From Caldicoprobacterales bacterium (lineage in GTDB: Bacteria; Bacillota; Clostridia; Caldicoprobacterales; DTU083), in contig JBMNJC010000014.1 of NCBI GenBank assembly GCA_050951465.1, positions 46,963 through 110,962 on the forward strand: a DNA stretch of 64,000 bases, in the 5' to 3' direction. Position 1 is the stretch's first letter. Each line of letters begins with the position of its first letter. Below are positions 1 to 8,727 of the stretch, piece after piece. The notes below the pieces were generated by a model. That model had not been told where the DNA came from and did not search any database. It saw nothing but the letters and a program-made list of their open reading frames with translations. Position numbers and translations under genes: made by a program.

Positions 1-2
1 AA

Positions 3-56
3 GTTGCCGGAACAAGCAGAAAGGTTGTCGGCGGTATTCCGGAAGGAGAGCTGTAA
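3..56 (+). CDS. C-terminal end of an unidentified gene cut by the window edge
   Basis: Frame is open from the window edge and reads ...VAGTSRKVVGGIPEGEL, with TAA at 54-56. Too short to name. Confidence 0.3.
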   Translation, partial: VAGTSRKVVGGIPEGEL

Positions 57-61
57 CATAG

Positions 62-682
62 GTGCTGAGATTAATTGCCATGGCTTCAATGTTAATAGAT
101 CATGTGGGGGCAACCTTTTTTCCTGAAGCCATCTGGCTGCGGATAATAGGCCGGGCAGCCTTTCCCTTATATGCATGGGGAATCGCATCAGGTTACAGGC
201 GGACCCGAAACTGGAAGTTGTATGCAGCCAGGCTGTTTATAACAGGATGTATAACTCAGCTGCCCTATGCCTGGCTATTTAAAAGCGGAGATCTTAATGT
301 CTGTTTTACGCTGCTGGCCGGTTTACTTCTGTTAAAAGTTTTAAACGGCAGGAACAACCCGTTAAAGTTAATAGGTTCAATCGCACTTTTGGCTTTGACT
401 CACTTTCTGCGATTTGAATACGGCTTATACGGAATATTCACCATACTTGTTTTTTATTTTTATCAGAAAGACAGAAAACTTCCTCTTTATCAGGGAGTTT
501 TGACCCTGCTTGGAATGCTGGTTTATAGTTTTCATTATATACAGATATTTTCAATAATTTCGTCCTGGTTGGTCTTGAATGTAAAGGACGACAGATTAAG
601 ACTCCCCAGATTGATTCAATACGGGTTTTACCCGGTACATATAGTAATTTTGCTGATTTTAAGGGAATTTGCGGGAATGTAA
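62..682 (+). CDS. TraX family membrane protein
   Basis: 206-aa ORF with a GTG start downstream of GGAAGGAGAG. The LIAMASMLIDHVGATFFPE N-terminus and multiple hydrophobic helices are typical of the TraX family. Confidence 0.8.
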   Translation: MLRLIAMASMLIDHVGATFFPEAIWLRIIGRAAFPLYAWGIASGYRRTRNWKLYAARLFITGCITQLPYAWLFKSGDLNVCFTLLAGLLLLKVLNGRNNPLKLIGSIALLALTHFLRFEYGLYGIFTILVFYFYQKDRKLPLYQGVLTLLGMLVYSFHYIQIFSIISSWLVLNVKDDRLRLPRLIQYGFYPVHIVILLILREFAGM

Positions 683-759
683 GCAATAAGATAAATGACA
701 AATTTCAGGACAAATTATAGAAGATAAGCATTCGCAAACAAGAAAGGAGTTTGTAACAT

Positions 760-2463
760 ATGTTGTTAAGCAAGCTGCTAGGTGAAAGATTTAAAGAAAA
801 GCCTGCTGAAGCATTTATGTCCAGCCATATTTTTATGCTGCGCGGAGGCTATATCCGTCAGGTGGCCAATGGTATTTTTTCTTTGCTGCCCCCTGCTTTA
901 AGAGCAGCCAAGAAAATTGAGCAGATTATCCGTGAGGAAATGGATGCCATAGGCGGCCAGGAAGTATTATTCCCGGTTGTGCTGCCTGCTGAGTTGTGGC
1001 AGGAGTCCGGCCGGTTTGATACTGTAGGCCGTGAGCTGCTGCGGTTCAAGGATCGTGGAGACAGGGACATGGTTCTGGGCATGACTCATGAAGAGGCTGC
1101 CGTGCACCTGGCCCGCGGGGAAGCAAAATCCTACCTTAAGTACCCCTTTATGATTTATCAGATACAAACCAAGTTCCGGGATGAGCCCCGGGCTCGCGGA
1201 GGGCTTATCCGGGTGCGGGAATTTATTATGAAGGATGCCTATTCCTTCCACACCTCCCAGGAAGATCTGGACGATTACTATCAGAAAACACTGGAGGCAT
1301 ATTTCCGTATATTTGAAAGATGCGGGCTCAGCCGTGTAATCTCCATCCTTTCTGATACAGGTATGATGGGCGGGAAAAAAGCCCATGAATTCATGTATCT
1401 TTCCGACGGTGGAGAGGATACAATTGTATATTGCGGCAATTGTGATTATAAATCTAATATGGAAGTTGCTGTTTCCCATATCCATAAAACCGAAGCTGAG
1501 GAACAGGAACTAAAGGAAGTATATACACCGGGAATTCAGGACATCGAAAGTCTGGCCAGATTTTTGAATATTGATGAATCTCAGACCATGAAAGCTGCAG
1601 TATTTTTCCGCAAGGATAATGAAAAGCCGGTGCTGGTGTTTATCCGGGGTGATCTGGAGGTAAATGAGCTGAAACTGAGCAAGGTTCTCGGTACTGAGGC
1701 ATTCCCCCTGACAGATCATGATATTGTTGACCTTGCTTATGGATATATAGGTGCTTACAATCTGAATGCAGAAGAAAAAGATATTCAGGTAATTTATGAT
1801 CAGTCTCTGAAGGGCGAAAAGAATCTGGCTTGCGGTGCCAACAAGGTTGATTATCACTTGCAGGGCTTATCCGTGGACAGGGATCTTCAAATAAATGAAT
1901 TTGTAGACGTGGCTAAAGTCAGAGAAGGTGACAGCTGTGTTAAGTGCGGAAGTCCTTTGAAGATCAGCAGAGGAATTGAGGTAGGGAATATATTCCAGTT
2001 AGGAACCACCTACACTGAAAGCATGAATATGCATTATATGGATGAACACGGTAAGCTGCAGACTCCTATTATGGGGTGCTACGGAATTGGGGTAGGACGG
2101 CTTTTGGCATGCGTCATAGAAGACAACCATGATGAATACGGTCCTATCTGGCCTAAGGCAGTTGCGCCCTGGCTGATTCATATCTGCATGCTTAATACGT
2201 CCGATGTTGGCGACCTGGGGTATAAGATCTATAATGAACTGAAAACAGAATGGGATGTTATATTGGACGACAGGGGAGTACAGGCAGGAGTTCAGTTTGC
2301 AGATGCGGATCTGTTAGGGGCGCCGGTCAGGATAATATTAAGCAAACGGAATATTGCCGCCGGTCAGGTCGAAATTGTCAGCAGAGATAAAAAGATCAAA
2401 AAACTTGTACCTATAGAAGATGTGAAAAAGGAAGTAAGAGAAGTACTTGCTCAGGTCAAATAA
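760..2463 (+). CDS. proS: Proline--tRNA ligase (bacterial type)
   Basis: 567 aa, ATG after AAAGGAG. Class II aaRS motifs are present (FRDEPRARGGLIRVREF, GCYGIGVGRLL) plus a C-terminal anticodon-binding region. Confidence 0.97.
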   Translation: MLLSKLLGERFKEKPAEAFMSSHIFMLRGGYIRQVANGIFSLLPPALRAAKKIEQIIREEMDAIGGQEVLFPVVLPAELWQESGRFDTVGRELLRFKDRGDRDMVLGMTHEEAAVHLARGEAKSYLKYPFMIYQIQTKFRDEPRARGGLIRVREFIMKDAYSFHTSQEDLDDYYQKTLEAYFRIFERCGLSRVISILSDTGMMGGKKAHEFMYLSDGGEDTIVYCGNCDYKSNMEVAVSHIHKTEAEEQELKEVYTPGIQDIESLARFLNIDESQTMKAAVFFRKDNEKPVLVFIRGDLEVNELKLSKVLGTEAFPLTDHDIVDLAYGYIGAYNLNAEEKDIQVIYDQSLKGEKNLACGANKVDYHLQGLSVDRDLQINEFVDVAKVREGDSCVKCGSPLKISRGIEVGNIFQLGTTYTESMNMHYMDEHGKLQTPIMGCYGIGVGRLLACVIEDNHDEYGPIWPKAVAPWLIHICMLNTSDVGDLGYKIYNELKTEWDVILDDRGVQAGVQFADADLLGAPVRIILSKRNIAAGQVEIVSRDKKIKKLVPIEDVKKEVREVLAQVK

Positions 2464-2493
2464 TATGCCATTGCCGGAATTGTCCCTCAAATG

Positions 2494-2521
2494 TTGCATT
2501 TAAGTAAATCTATTGTATAAT
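2494..2521 (+). promoter_or_regulatory. Candidate sigma-A promoter for the hexokinase gene
   Basis: TTGCAT-N16-TATAAT with a TG extended -10 (TGTATAAT), about 70 nt upstream of ATG 2592. Confidence 0.45.
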
Positions 2522-2591
2522 AAAAATGAATAGATGCGGGAATGCCGGTGAAGTGGAAAGTATATAAGGATACACAGGAAAAAGGAGATAT

Positions 2592-3935
2592 ATGAAAGGG
2601 GCACACAGGAAAGTGAAAGAGGTCAGGGAAAAAGTTAGGGATTTCTTAAAAAAATATGATATGGATTATGACAGAATAGACATAGTGAAAGAAGTGGAAG
2701 TCTTTATCGAAGATATGCAAAACGGCCTGGATGGGAAGCCCGGTTATTTGGATATGCTGCCTACCTATATCCCCATGAGTGAAGAAATACCATCCAACGA
2801 GCCGGTAGTTGTTATGGATGCAGGCGGAACGAATTTCCGTGTTGCAGTAGTTCATTTTGATGAGAATAAGAAGCCGGTCATCAGCGATTTTGCAAAGTAT
2901 TCCATGCCCGGCATGAAAAAAGAAGTAACTCGGGATGAATTTCTGCAGACGGTTGTAAACTATTTAAAGCCTGTTATAAACAAGAGCAATAAAATTGGGT
3001 TCTGTTTCTCTTACCCCATAGAAATTCAGCCTAACGGAGACGGTAAGCCGCTTAGGTTCAGCAAGGAAATCAAAATAAGCGGTCTTGTAGGCGAACCCCT
3101 TGGGGAATTGATTCTTAATGCATTGAAAGAAGCAGGTTATACTGAAGATAAAAAAATTGTGCTGTTAAACGATACAGTTTCAACCCTGTTGGGCGGAAAG
3201 GCCGCTTATGATGACAGAAACTTTGACAGCTTTATCGGATTTATTTTAGGTACCGGTACCAACACCTGCTATATAGAAGAAGGCAAAAATATTGAAAAAC
3301 TGAATGACTCAAAAGATCAGTACAGGAACATGCTTATTAATACGGAATCCGGCGCATACAGACGTGCCCCTTATGGCAAGATGGATGAAGAATTTGATAA
3401 GACTACAGTCAATCCCAATGATGCCCTTTTTGAAAAAAAGATTTCCGGTGCATATTTGGGCGGGCTGGCGCACGTGGTTCTGAAATACGCCATGGATGAA
3501 GGTCTCTTCTCTGATGAATTTAAGAAGCTGTATACCGACAGAGTAGACGAGCTTACCACCATTGATTTAAACTTTTTCCTGCGCTGGCCTTTTGGAGACA
3601 ATATTTTGGCAGAAATCTGCAAAGAAACAGGGCAGAAAGACCGTATAACCCTTTATCATTTGTTTGACTGCCTCATGGAAAGAGCTGCCAAGCTGGTAGC
3701 CATCAATTTAATAGCTGTAATAAAGAAGATAAACAAAGGTCAGGATCCCAGTTGCCCTGTATGCATCACTGCAGACGGTTCTTCTTTTTATAAATACAAG
3801 AACTTTAAGAGAAAACTGGAATACTATATGGAAGAGCATCTCGTAAAGGGTTTGCAGCTTTACTACGAATTTGTGGAAGCGGATAATGCAAATCTGACTG
3901 GTTCGGCAATTGCAGCACTTGCTAAACTCAGCTAA
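2592..3935 (+). CDS. Hexokinase-family sugar kinase (eukaryote-type fold)
   Basis: 447 aa, ATG after AAAGGAG. Carries VVMDAGGTNFRVAVV and NTESGAY motifs and has the length of the hexokinase_1/2 architecture, not ROK. Confidence 0.85.
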   Translation: MKGAHRKVKEVREKVRDFLKKYDMDYDRIDIVKEVEVFIEDMQNGLDGKPGYLDMLPTYIPMSEEIPSNEPVVVMDAGGTNFRVAVVHFDENKKPVISDFAKYSMPGMKKEVTRDEFLQTVVNYLKPVINKSNKIGFCFSYPIEIQPNGDGKPLRFSKEIKISGLVGEPLGELILNALKEAGYTEDKKIVLLNDTVSTLLGGKAAYDDRNFDSFIGFILGTGTNTCYIEEGKNIEKLNDSKDQYRNMLINTESGAYRRAPYGKMDEEFDKTTVNPNDALFEKKISGAYLGGLAHVVLKYAMDEGLFSDEFKKLYTDRVDELTTIDLNFFLRWPFGDNILAEICKETGQKDRITLYHLFDCLMERAAKLVAINLIAVIKKINKGQDPSCPVCITADGSSFYKYKNFKRKLEYYMEEHLVKGLQLYYEFVEADNANLTGSAIAALAKLS

Positions 3936-3950
3936 AAGAATATAGAATAA

Positions 3951-3974
3951 AACCCGGAAACTTTTTTCCGGGTT
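3951..3974 (+). terminator. Hairpin after the hexokinase gene
   Basis: Perfect 10-bp stem AACCCGGAAA / TTTCCGGGTT with loop CTTT. There is no clean T-tract on the + strand, so its strength is uncertain. Confidence 0.45.
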
Positions 3975-4032
3975 AAATATATTTAAATTATGAATATTTT
4001 GCAGAAATTCATTACATTTTTGGAGGTATTAC

Positions 4033-4332
4033 ATGTCTGAACTATTTGAGATTTTTATGATTGTCTGTTTTGGTGCTTCCTGGCCATTAAATGTGCTCAA
4101 GTCTTATCGTGCCCGGACTACTAAGGGTAAAAGCTTAGGCTTTCTTATTCTGATCTTTATAGGATACATATGCGGTATTGCATCTAAGCTGATAGCACAA
4201 TCATTTAAATGGTATGTTGTATTCTTTTATGTTTTGAATTTGATTATGGTAGGGACAGATCTTATTCTATATTTCCGCAACTTAGCATATGACAGAAAAG
4301 AAGAAGCCGAGAGAAAAGCTTTAGCAGGATAA
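4033..4332 (+). CDS. Small 3-TM membrane protein, PQ-loop / SemiSWEET-like
   Basis: 99 aa, ATG after GGAGG, three hydrophobic helices. GASWPLNVLKSYRARTTKGKSLGFL resembles the PQ-loop pattern. Family assignment is from memory only. Confidence 0.55.
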   Translation: MSELFEIFMIVCFGASWPLNVLKSYRARTTKGKSLGFLILIFIGYICGIASKLIAQSFKWYVVFFYVLNLIMVGTDLILYFRNLAYDRKEEAERKALAG

Positions 4333-4424
4333 GCCTGATTGAATTCATTATATTTATGTTATATAGGGCATTATAATGGTTACTTTAATAGTACAACACA
4401 GAGACCATTAAAGAGGTGAGGGAA

Positions 4425-4688
4425 ATGAAGAAAATTCTGATGTTTATTATGGAAACCTGTCCTCATTGCAAAAATGCCCGAAAATATATGGAAGAATTGT
4501 ATGAGGAACATCCGGAATACAGGCAGCTTGAGATTGAAGTAATTGATGAGACAAAAGAGCCGGAGCTGGCTAACCAATACGATTACTACTATGTTCCAAC
4601 CTATTATGTAGATGGAAAGAAGATTCACGAGGGAGTACCCACCAGGGAAAGAATAGCAGAAGTTTTCAGGACTGCTTATATGAGATAA
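4425..4688 (+). CDS. Glutaredoxin/thioredoxin-like small redox protein
   Basis: ATG 4425 downstream of GAGGTGAGGG (the ORF track starts at GTG 4416). Has a CPHC active-site motif (METCPHCKNAR); 87 aa. Confidence 0.8.
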   Translation: MKKILMFIMETCPHCKNARKYMEELYEEHPEYRQLEIEVIDETKEPELANQYDYYYVPTYYVDGKKIHEGVPTRERIAEVFRTAYMR

Positions 4689-4711
4689 AAATAGGTTGCT
4701 TTGCAAGAACA

Positions 4712-4743
4712 AACCTATGCAGATTGATTGCATAGGTTTTTTT
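4712..4743 (+). terminator. Rho-independent terminator
   Basis: 10-bp stem AACCTATGCA / TGCATAGGTT, 7-nt loop, followed by a T-run. Confidence 0.85.
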
Positions 4744-4922
4744 ATCTCTGATAATCAATGGAAGCCGGCACTTTTTTGCATAAAGAGAAATAAAATATAT
4801 CAGCGGACTTGAAACAAAGATAAAAGAAACAGAAAACAGTTGTAAACATTAGAAAAAGTAAGATAATTGCAGGTAATTAAAAAAAACAAAAGCAATTGGT
4901 CATAATTGGTAAAATTTCGGCT

Positions 4923-4951
4923 TTGAGATTTAGGATCTAAGGTCATATAAT
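4923..4951 (+). promoter_or_regulatory. Sigma-A-type promoter of hsp20
   Basis: TTGAGA (4923-4928), 17-nt spacer, TATAAT (4946-4951). Confidence 0.6.
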
Positions 4952-4959
4952 ATAGACAA

Positions 4960-4976
4960 GGTCAAAGAAAGTCAAA
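4960..4976 (+). promoter_or_regulatory. CtsR-type operator (heptad direct repeat)
   Basis: GGTCAAA-GAA-AGTCAAA matches the consensus (A/G)GTCAAA-NAN-(A/G)GTCAAA exactly and lies 8 nt after the -10 box. Confidence 0.6.
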
Positions 4977-5027
4977 GTTAAATTAAAATTATAAATAAGA
5001 TTCAAAGAACTCAAAGGAGGAGATTAT

Positions 5028-5483
5028 ATGTTTGGTTTAACACCTTATAACAGAAGAAATATGGGATTACAGAGAAGGATGAGAGATTTCTTTGATATGG
5101 ATTCATGGATTGACAGCTTTTTCAACGACAGCTTCCTGCCTCCGATGGATGTATTTGGAAACCCGATGAAGGTAGACATTAAGGAAAACAAAAATGACTA
5201 TGTTATTGAAGCAGACCTTCCCGGCGTGGACAAGAACAATATAAACATAGAACTCAGAGACGGCATACTTTCCATTAATGTACAGAGAAATGAAATACAG
5301 CAGGAAGAACGCGGCAATTATATTCGCAAAGAACGCAGAACCAGTTCCCTGAGCAGAAGCTTCCGGGTAGGAAACGTAAAACCTGAAGATGTGAGCGCCA
5401 AATTTGAAAATGGCGTATTGTCCATCACCCTGCCGAAGGCAGATGAAGAAAAGAACAATCAGTACAGAATAGATATCCAGTAA
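5028..5483 (+). CDS. Hsp20 / alpha-crystallin family small heat-shock protein
   Basis: 151 aa, ATG after AAAGGAGG. Alpha-crystallin domain signatures are present (DIKENKNDYVIEADLPGV, ENGVLSITLPK). Confidence 0.95.
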   Translation: MFGLTPYNRRNMGLQRRMRDFFDMDSWIDSFFNDSFLPPMDVFGNPMKVDIKENKNDYVIEADLPGVDKNNINIELRDGILSINVQRNEIQQEERGNYIRKERRTSSLSRSFRVGNVKPEDVSAKFENGVLSITLPKADEEKNNQYRIDIQ

Positions 5484-5521
5484 ACAGCGAACCATTATTG
5501 ATTGGACAGGAGCCTGAAAAG

Positions 5522-5553
5522 GAAGCAGCCTCATTTGAGGCTGCTTCTTTTTT
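5522..5553. terminator. Bidirectional rho-independent terminator
   Basis: 11-bp stem GAAGCAGCCTC / GAGGCTGCTTC with loop ATTT, then T6 and an A7 run. It lies between convergent genes. Confidence 0.9.
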
Positions 5554-5567
5554 AAAAAAATTTTTGG

Positions 5568-6119
5568 TTACGGCCTGAATTTTTCGACTAAATCCTGTAC
5601 CCATATACGATGGGGATTTTCTACTACTGTAAAGGTTTCATTGTAACCATCCTGAACCCGGGGGAAAAGGAGAATTTCCGGTCCTTCCCTGTTAATGGTT
5701 TCCCATACTTGGGTATGCAGCAGTATATATTCAACATATCCTTCTTTATATACAATAAGAGTTATTTCACCATAGGGCTTAGGGGCGATTTTTTCAAAGT
5801 TTTTATCTTTCAGTACAGGCAGCTCTATTCGTTCTGTCAGTCCGTCCTCACCGGTAAAATAGCTTTGGTTAAGTTCGGGAATAACAACAACGGCTCCTTC
5901 AATCGGCATTTCTGAAAAACCGTCTATTACTCTAGGCCTTATGGAGGTATAATGTTCTTTGTCTTTTTGTGTATCTGCAGGGTTGAATGCCTCAATTTGC
6001 ATACTAATAAATTCTTTCAGAGGATTATTGCCGATAAAAAACAAGGCTAAAATAAGGATAATGGTTAATGCGGCAGACAGATAAGGTTTTACACTAAGCT
6101 TTTTTATATATTCTTTCAT
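5568..6119 (-). CDS. Membrane-anchored protein with a carboxypeptidase-regulatory-like beta-sandwich domain
   Basis: Preferred start is ATG at 6119, preceded by GGAGGTG (the track ORF extends to 6215). N-terminal TM helix LSAALTIILILALFFIG. PIEGAVVVIPE...GEDGL...IVYKEGYV resembles a CarboxypepD_reg-type domain. Confidence 0.7.
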   Translation of the reverse strand: MKEYIKKLSVKPYLSAALTIILILALFFIGNNPLKEFISMQIEAFNPADTQKDKEHYTSIRPRVIDGFSEMPIEGAVVVIPELNQSYFTGEDGLTERIELPVLKDKNFEKIAPKPYGEITLIVYKEGYVEYILLHTQVWETINREGPEILLFPRVQDGYNETFTVVENPHRIWVQDLVEKFRP

Positions 6120-6229
6120 ATATAGGCACCTCCCTTTTAAGGCAGCCCCGATGGGAAGAAATGCTGTAGTCTCTACTAGTATATGCTTGGAGGTGCTCAA
6201 TATGACAGTTTCCAAGTAAAGGCACTCTA

Positions 6230-6829
6230 TCAGGAAAGCGGTTTTTTATCCCTTAAAAAATTGATAAAAACAGGATGTTTATTCCTGCGTGACTTGGCCG
6301 CAATCAGGTTTTGTATTATAAGAAAAGCGCCGGCATAAAGAATTATATCGCCTATACTCATAAATACCCTGAAGGGTGGAGGGAACCAGATTATATCCCC
6401 TAAAAACCAAAGCTTTGTGTTTTCATTAATAATATGGTAGGTAATAAATTTACCTTCCATCAGATATTGATTGGCGTACTCATATTTTCCCAGATAGGCA
6501 CCAGCTTCCGCAAGGGGCATGGAACCCCCGTTTATCAGGATAACCAATGCATTCAGAAAGACTCCTATGCCGATTAACCAGCTGTATGGAAGATACCGGT
6601 TAAACCATATGAACAGAAACAGCAATGCATACTGGATACTCAGGGATATGAATGCCATTGTCTGAGTAACCGTAAATTCATACTTAATCAGAAGCAGCAG
6701 TGTTGCATCCATGGCGACAGATAAAATGGCAAGCCAGGGATATACCAGTTTTACTCTTGCCAGGTTTGTTATTCTGCCGCCGCGCAGGAGCCCTGTGAGA
6801 ACAGCAGCAGCTATTACAGCATAAAACAT
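6230..6829 (-). CDS. Multi-pass membrane protein of unknown function (possibly DUF5317-type)
   Basis: 199 aa, 5-6 hydrophobic helices, lies upstream of 5568-6119 on the same strand. The family name is from memory and unverified. Confidence 0.7.
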   Translation of the reverse strand: MFYAVIAAAVLTGLLRGGRITNLARVKLVYPWLAILSVAMDATLLLLIKYEFTVTQTMAFISLSIQYALLFLFIWFNRYLPYSWLIGIGVFLNALVILINGGSMPLAEAGAYLGKYEYANQYLMEGKFITYHIINENTKLWFLGDIIWFPPPFRVFMSIGDIILYAGAFLIIQNLIAAKSRRNKHPVFINFLRDKKPLS

Positions 6830-7326
6830 AGCACTTTACCTTTCTTTCAAGTAGTCTTCCATTCATTTGCTTTTTATCATAACAGATTTTAATCTATGGT
6901 TTATAGCATTAAGTGCCGCCATTACAACGGCTACTTTTACATCGTTTTTTATAAAAGCAGAACCGCACAGCTCCTCTTCACCGCATTTATCAGGCGGGAA
7001 TTTTGGATTAATGCATTAGGCTCTTTTATTTAAGCCGCACTGATTATTTTATGGTCAAAAGGATTATTGCTGCCGGCAATCCAATATTTTTATTCAGTAA
7101 AATGTATTCGCTAAAACTTAAAGGAATCCTTCTTCTTCAATTCATTTTTCCATCAATTATGACAATTACTTACTTTTGATGCCGGTTTTATAAAGTATAT
7201 AATTATTGATAAATGGCAAAGTATAGTATAAATACTTATGATTGAAACCAATGACTTGTCTATGGTAAGATGAATGACAGTTAAGTTGCTGTATGATTTA
7301 GCTTTCTGGGGCTTATCATCAAGATT

Positions 7327-8031
7327 ATGGAAATGAGGCTGGTTATAGTGATTTCATCATTATTTAGTCGAAAAACGCGAAATGCTCTTCGTATGAACCC
7401 GAAAATTATTTTGAATATAATATACAGCTTTTTTCTAAATCTGATTTATTTTACACGAAACTTCTATAGGTTTAAAATTTTTGCTGATTTTGGTAGCACC
7501 ATTACAAAGGGACCCGGCGCAAAGCTGATTATTGACAAAAGGCTCTTTCTCGGCGGTAAATACATTGGGGATATGACAAAGGCCAAATCATCAATACATA
7601 TGTATAGGAATTCAGAGTTACATATAAAGGGAAGGGTGAAACTGGGACCGGGTGTAGGCATCGTTACAGGACAGAATGCAAGGCTTACAATAGGAGACAA
7701 CACCTACATTACAGCTTCTTCAGTTGTATATTGTTTCGATGAAATAGAAATAGGAAGTGATTGTGCCATTGCCTGGAATACCACCATTCTGGATACAGAC
7801 TTTCATCATATCCGCTATCCTGACGGAACGGAAAACAATCTTTCCAAACCTGTAAAAATCGGCAATAAAGTTTGGATCGGCTGCAATACCACAATTTTAA
7901 AAGGTGTAACCATAGGGGACAATGCTGTAATAGGCGCCAATACTTTGGTTAACAAGGACGTGCCTCCAAACTGCCTTGCAGCGGGCAACCCCATGCGAAT
8001 TATTCGGGAGGACATTGACTGGGAACATTAA
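7327..8031 (+). CDS. Hexapeptide-repeat (LbH) O-acetyltransferase
   Basis: The C-terminal half has left-handed beta-helix repeats (VKIGNKVWIGCNTTILKGVTIGDNAVIGANTLVNKDVPPNCLAAGNP). The start is uncertain (ATG 7327 or ATG 7393) and neither has a clear SD. Confidence 0.8.
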   Translation: MEMRLVIVISSLFSRKTRNALRMNPKIILNIIYSFFLNLIYFTRNFYRFKIFADFGSTITKGPGAKLIIDKRLFLGGKYIGDMTKAKSSIHMYRNSELHIKGRVKLGPGVGIVTGQNARLTIGDNTYITASSVVYCFDEIEIGSDCAIAWNTTILDTDFHHIRYPDGTENNLSKPVKIGNKVWIGCNTTILKGVTIGDNAVIGANTLVNKDVPPNCLAAGNPMRIIREDIDWEH

Positions 8032-8039
8032 AATAAAGA

Positions 8040-8086
8040 AATCCTTTGCCTGTGAGCCTGGTTTGGCCGCTCATAAGCAAAGGATT
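8040..8086. terminator. Long hairpin between convergent genes
   Basis: Outer stem AATCCTTTGC / GCAAAGGATT plus inner stem TGAGC / GCTCA. A T-rich tail is present on the minus-strand reading, so it most likely terminates the SOR gene. Confidence 0.6.
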
Positions 8087-8135
8087 CTTGCATCTGATGC
8101 ATTAAACTTCTGGCATTTCGAGTTCATTTAACAAA

Positions 8136-8510
8136 TTATTCAACTTTAATATCTGCGCTGTTTTCCCACAAACCGTGAATATTGCAATAGCTTATTGCGT
8201 ATAACTTACCTGATTTCTTTAACTTAACCTGTGTGATGCCTACGGGTTCTGTAAAGGCATCGAATTCTCCATGGGCGGAGAAGTTAAATGTGGCCAGTTC
8301 CACCGGGAATTTGCCGCCTTCCTCTACGTAGAACACCTTAAACCATGCAATATGGTGCTCGAGCGTATTTGGGTGCTTTATGGCATCACCGATGGAAATC
8401 TTCAGTTCAAAGCCCTCGTCTGCCTTTACGCTCTCAGGTGCATGTATGATCGGTACATGCTTTTCTCCTTTCCAGTCACCTGTTTGCAGAAATGTTCCTA
8501 ATCCAGCCAT
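8136..8510 (-). CDS. Superoxide reductase (1Fe-SOR / neelaredoxin type)
   Basis: 124 aa, GGAGG SD. Metal-ligand pattern is EKHVPII, HPNTLEHHIAW and CNIHGLW. Confidence 0.92.
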   Translation of the reverse strand: MAGLGTFLQTGDWKGEKHVPIIHAPESVKADEGFELKISIGDAIKHPNTLEHHIAWFKVFYVEEGGKFPVELATFNFSAHGEFDAFTEPVGITQVKLKKSGKLYAISYCNIHGLWENSADIKVE

Positions 8511-8727
8511 TCAACATACCTCCTTATTTATCGTCAGCTTATGCAAATTATTATTTACTGTTGAATTAATAAACGCTGTGCACCTTATTCAAACGATTAA
8601 TTAACCTATGATTAATTTTTGAATTATTGGATACTCAGGGAAAAAACTGATATAATAAAAAAAATTAATCTGTGTCTGTAGTATGATGTTGAATAAACTA
8701 ATATAAGTGTAGTTGGAGGATTTCGCT

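Noticed and set aside
8511-8727. T-box leader expected upstream of tyrS (and likewise upstream of proS, 683-759).
   Set aside because: There is no T-box core sequence (…GGTGGTACCGCG-like), no specifier-loop architecture and no terminator/antiterminator pair. The proS spacer is only 77 nt.
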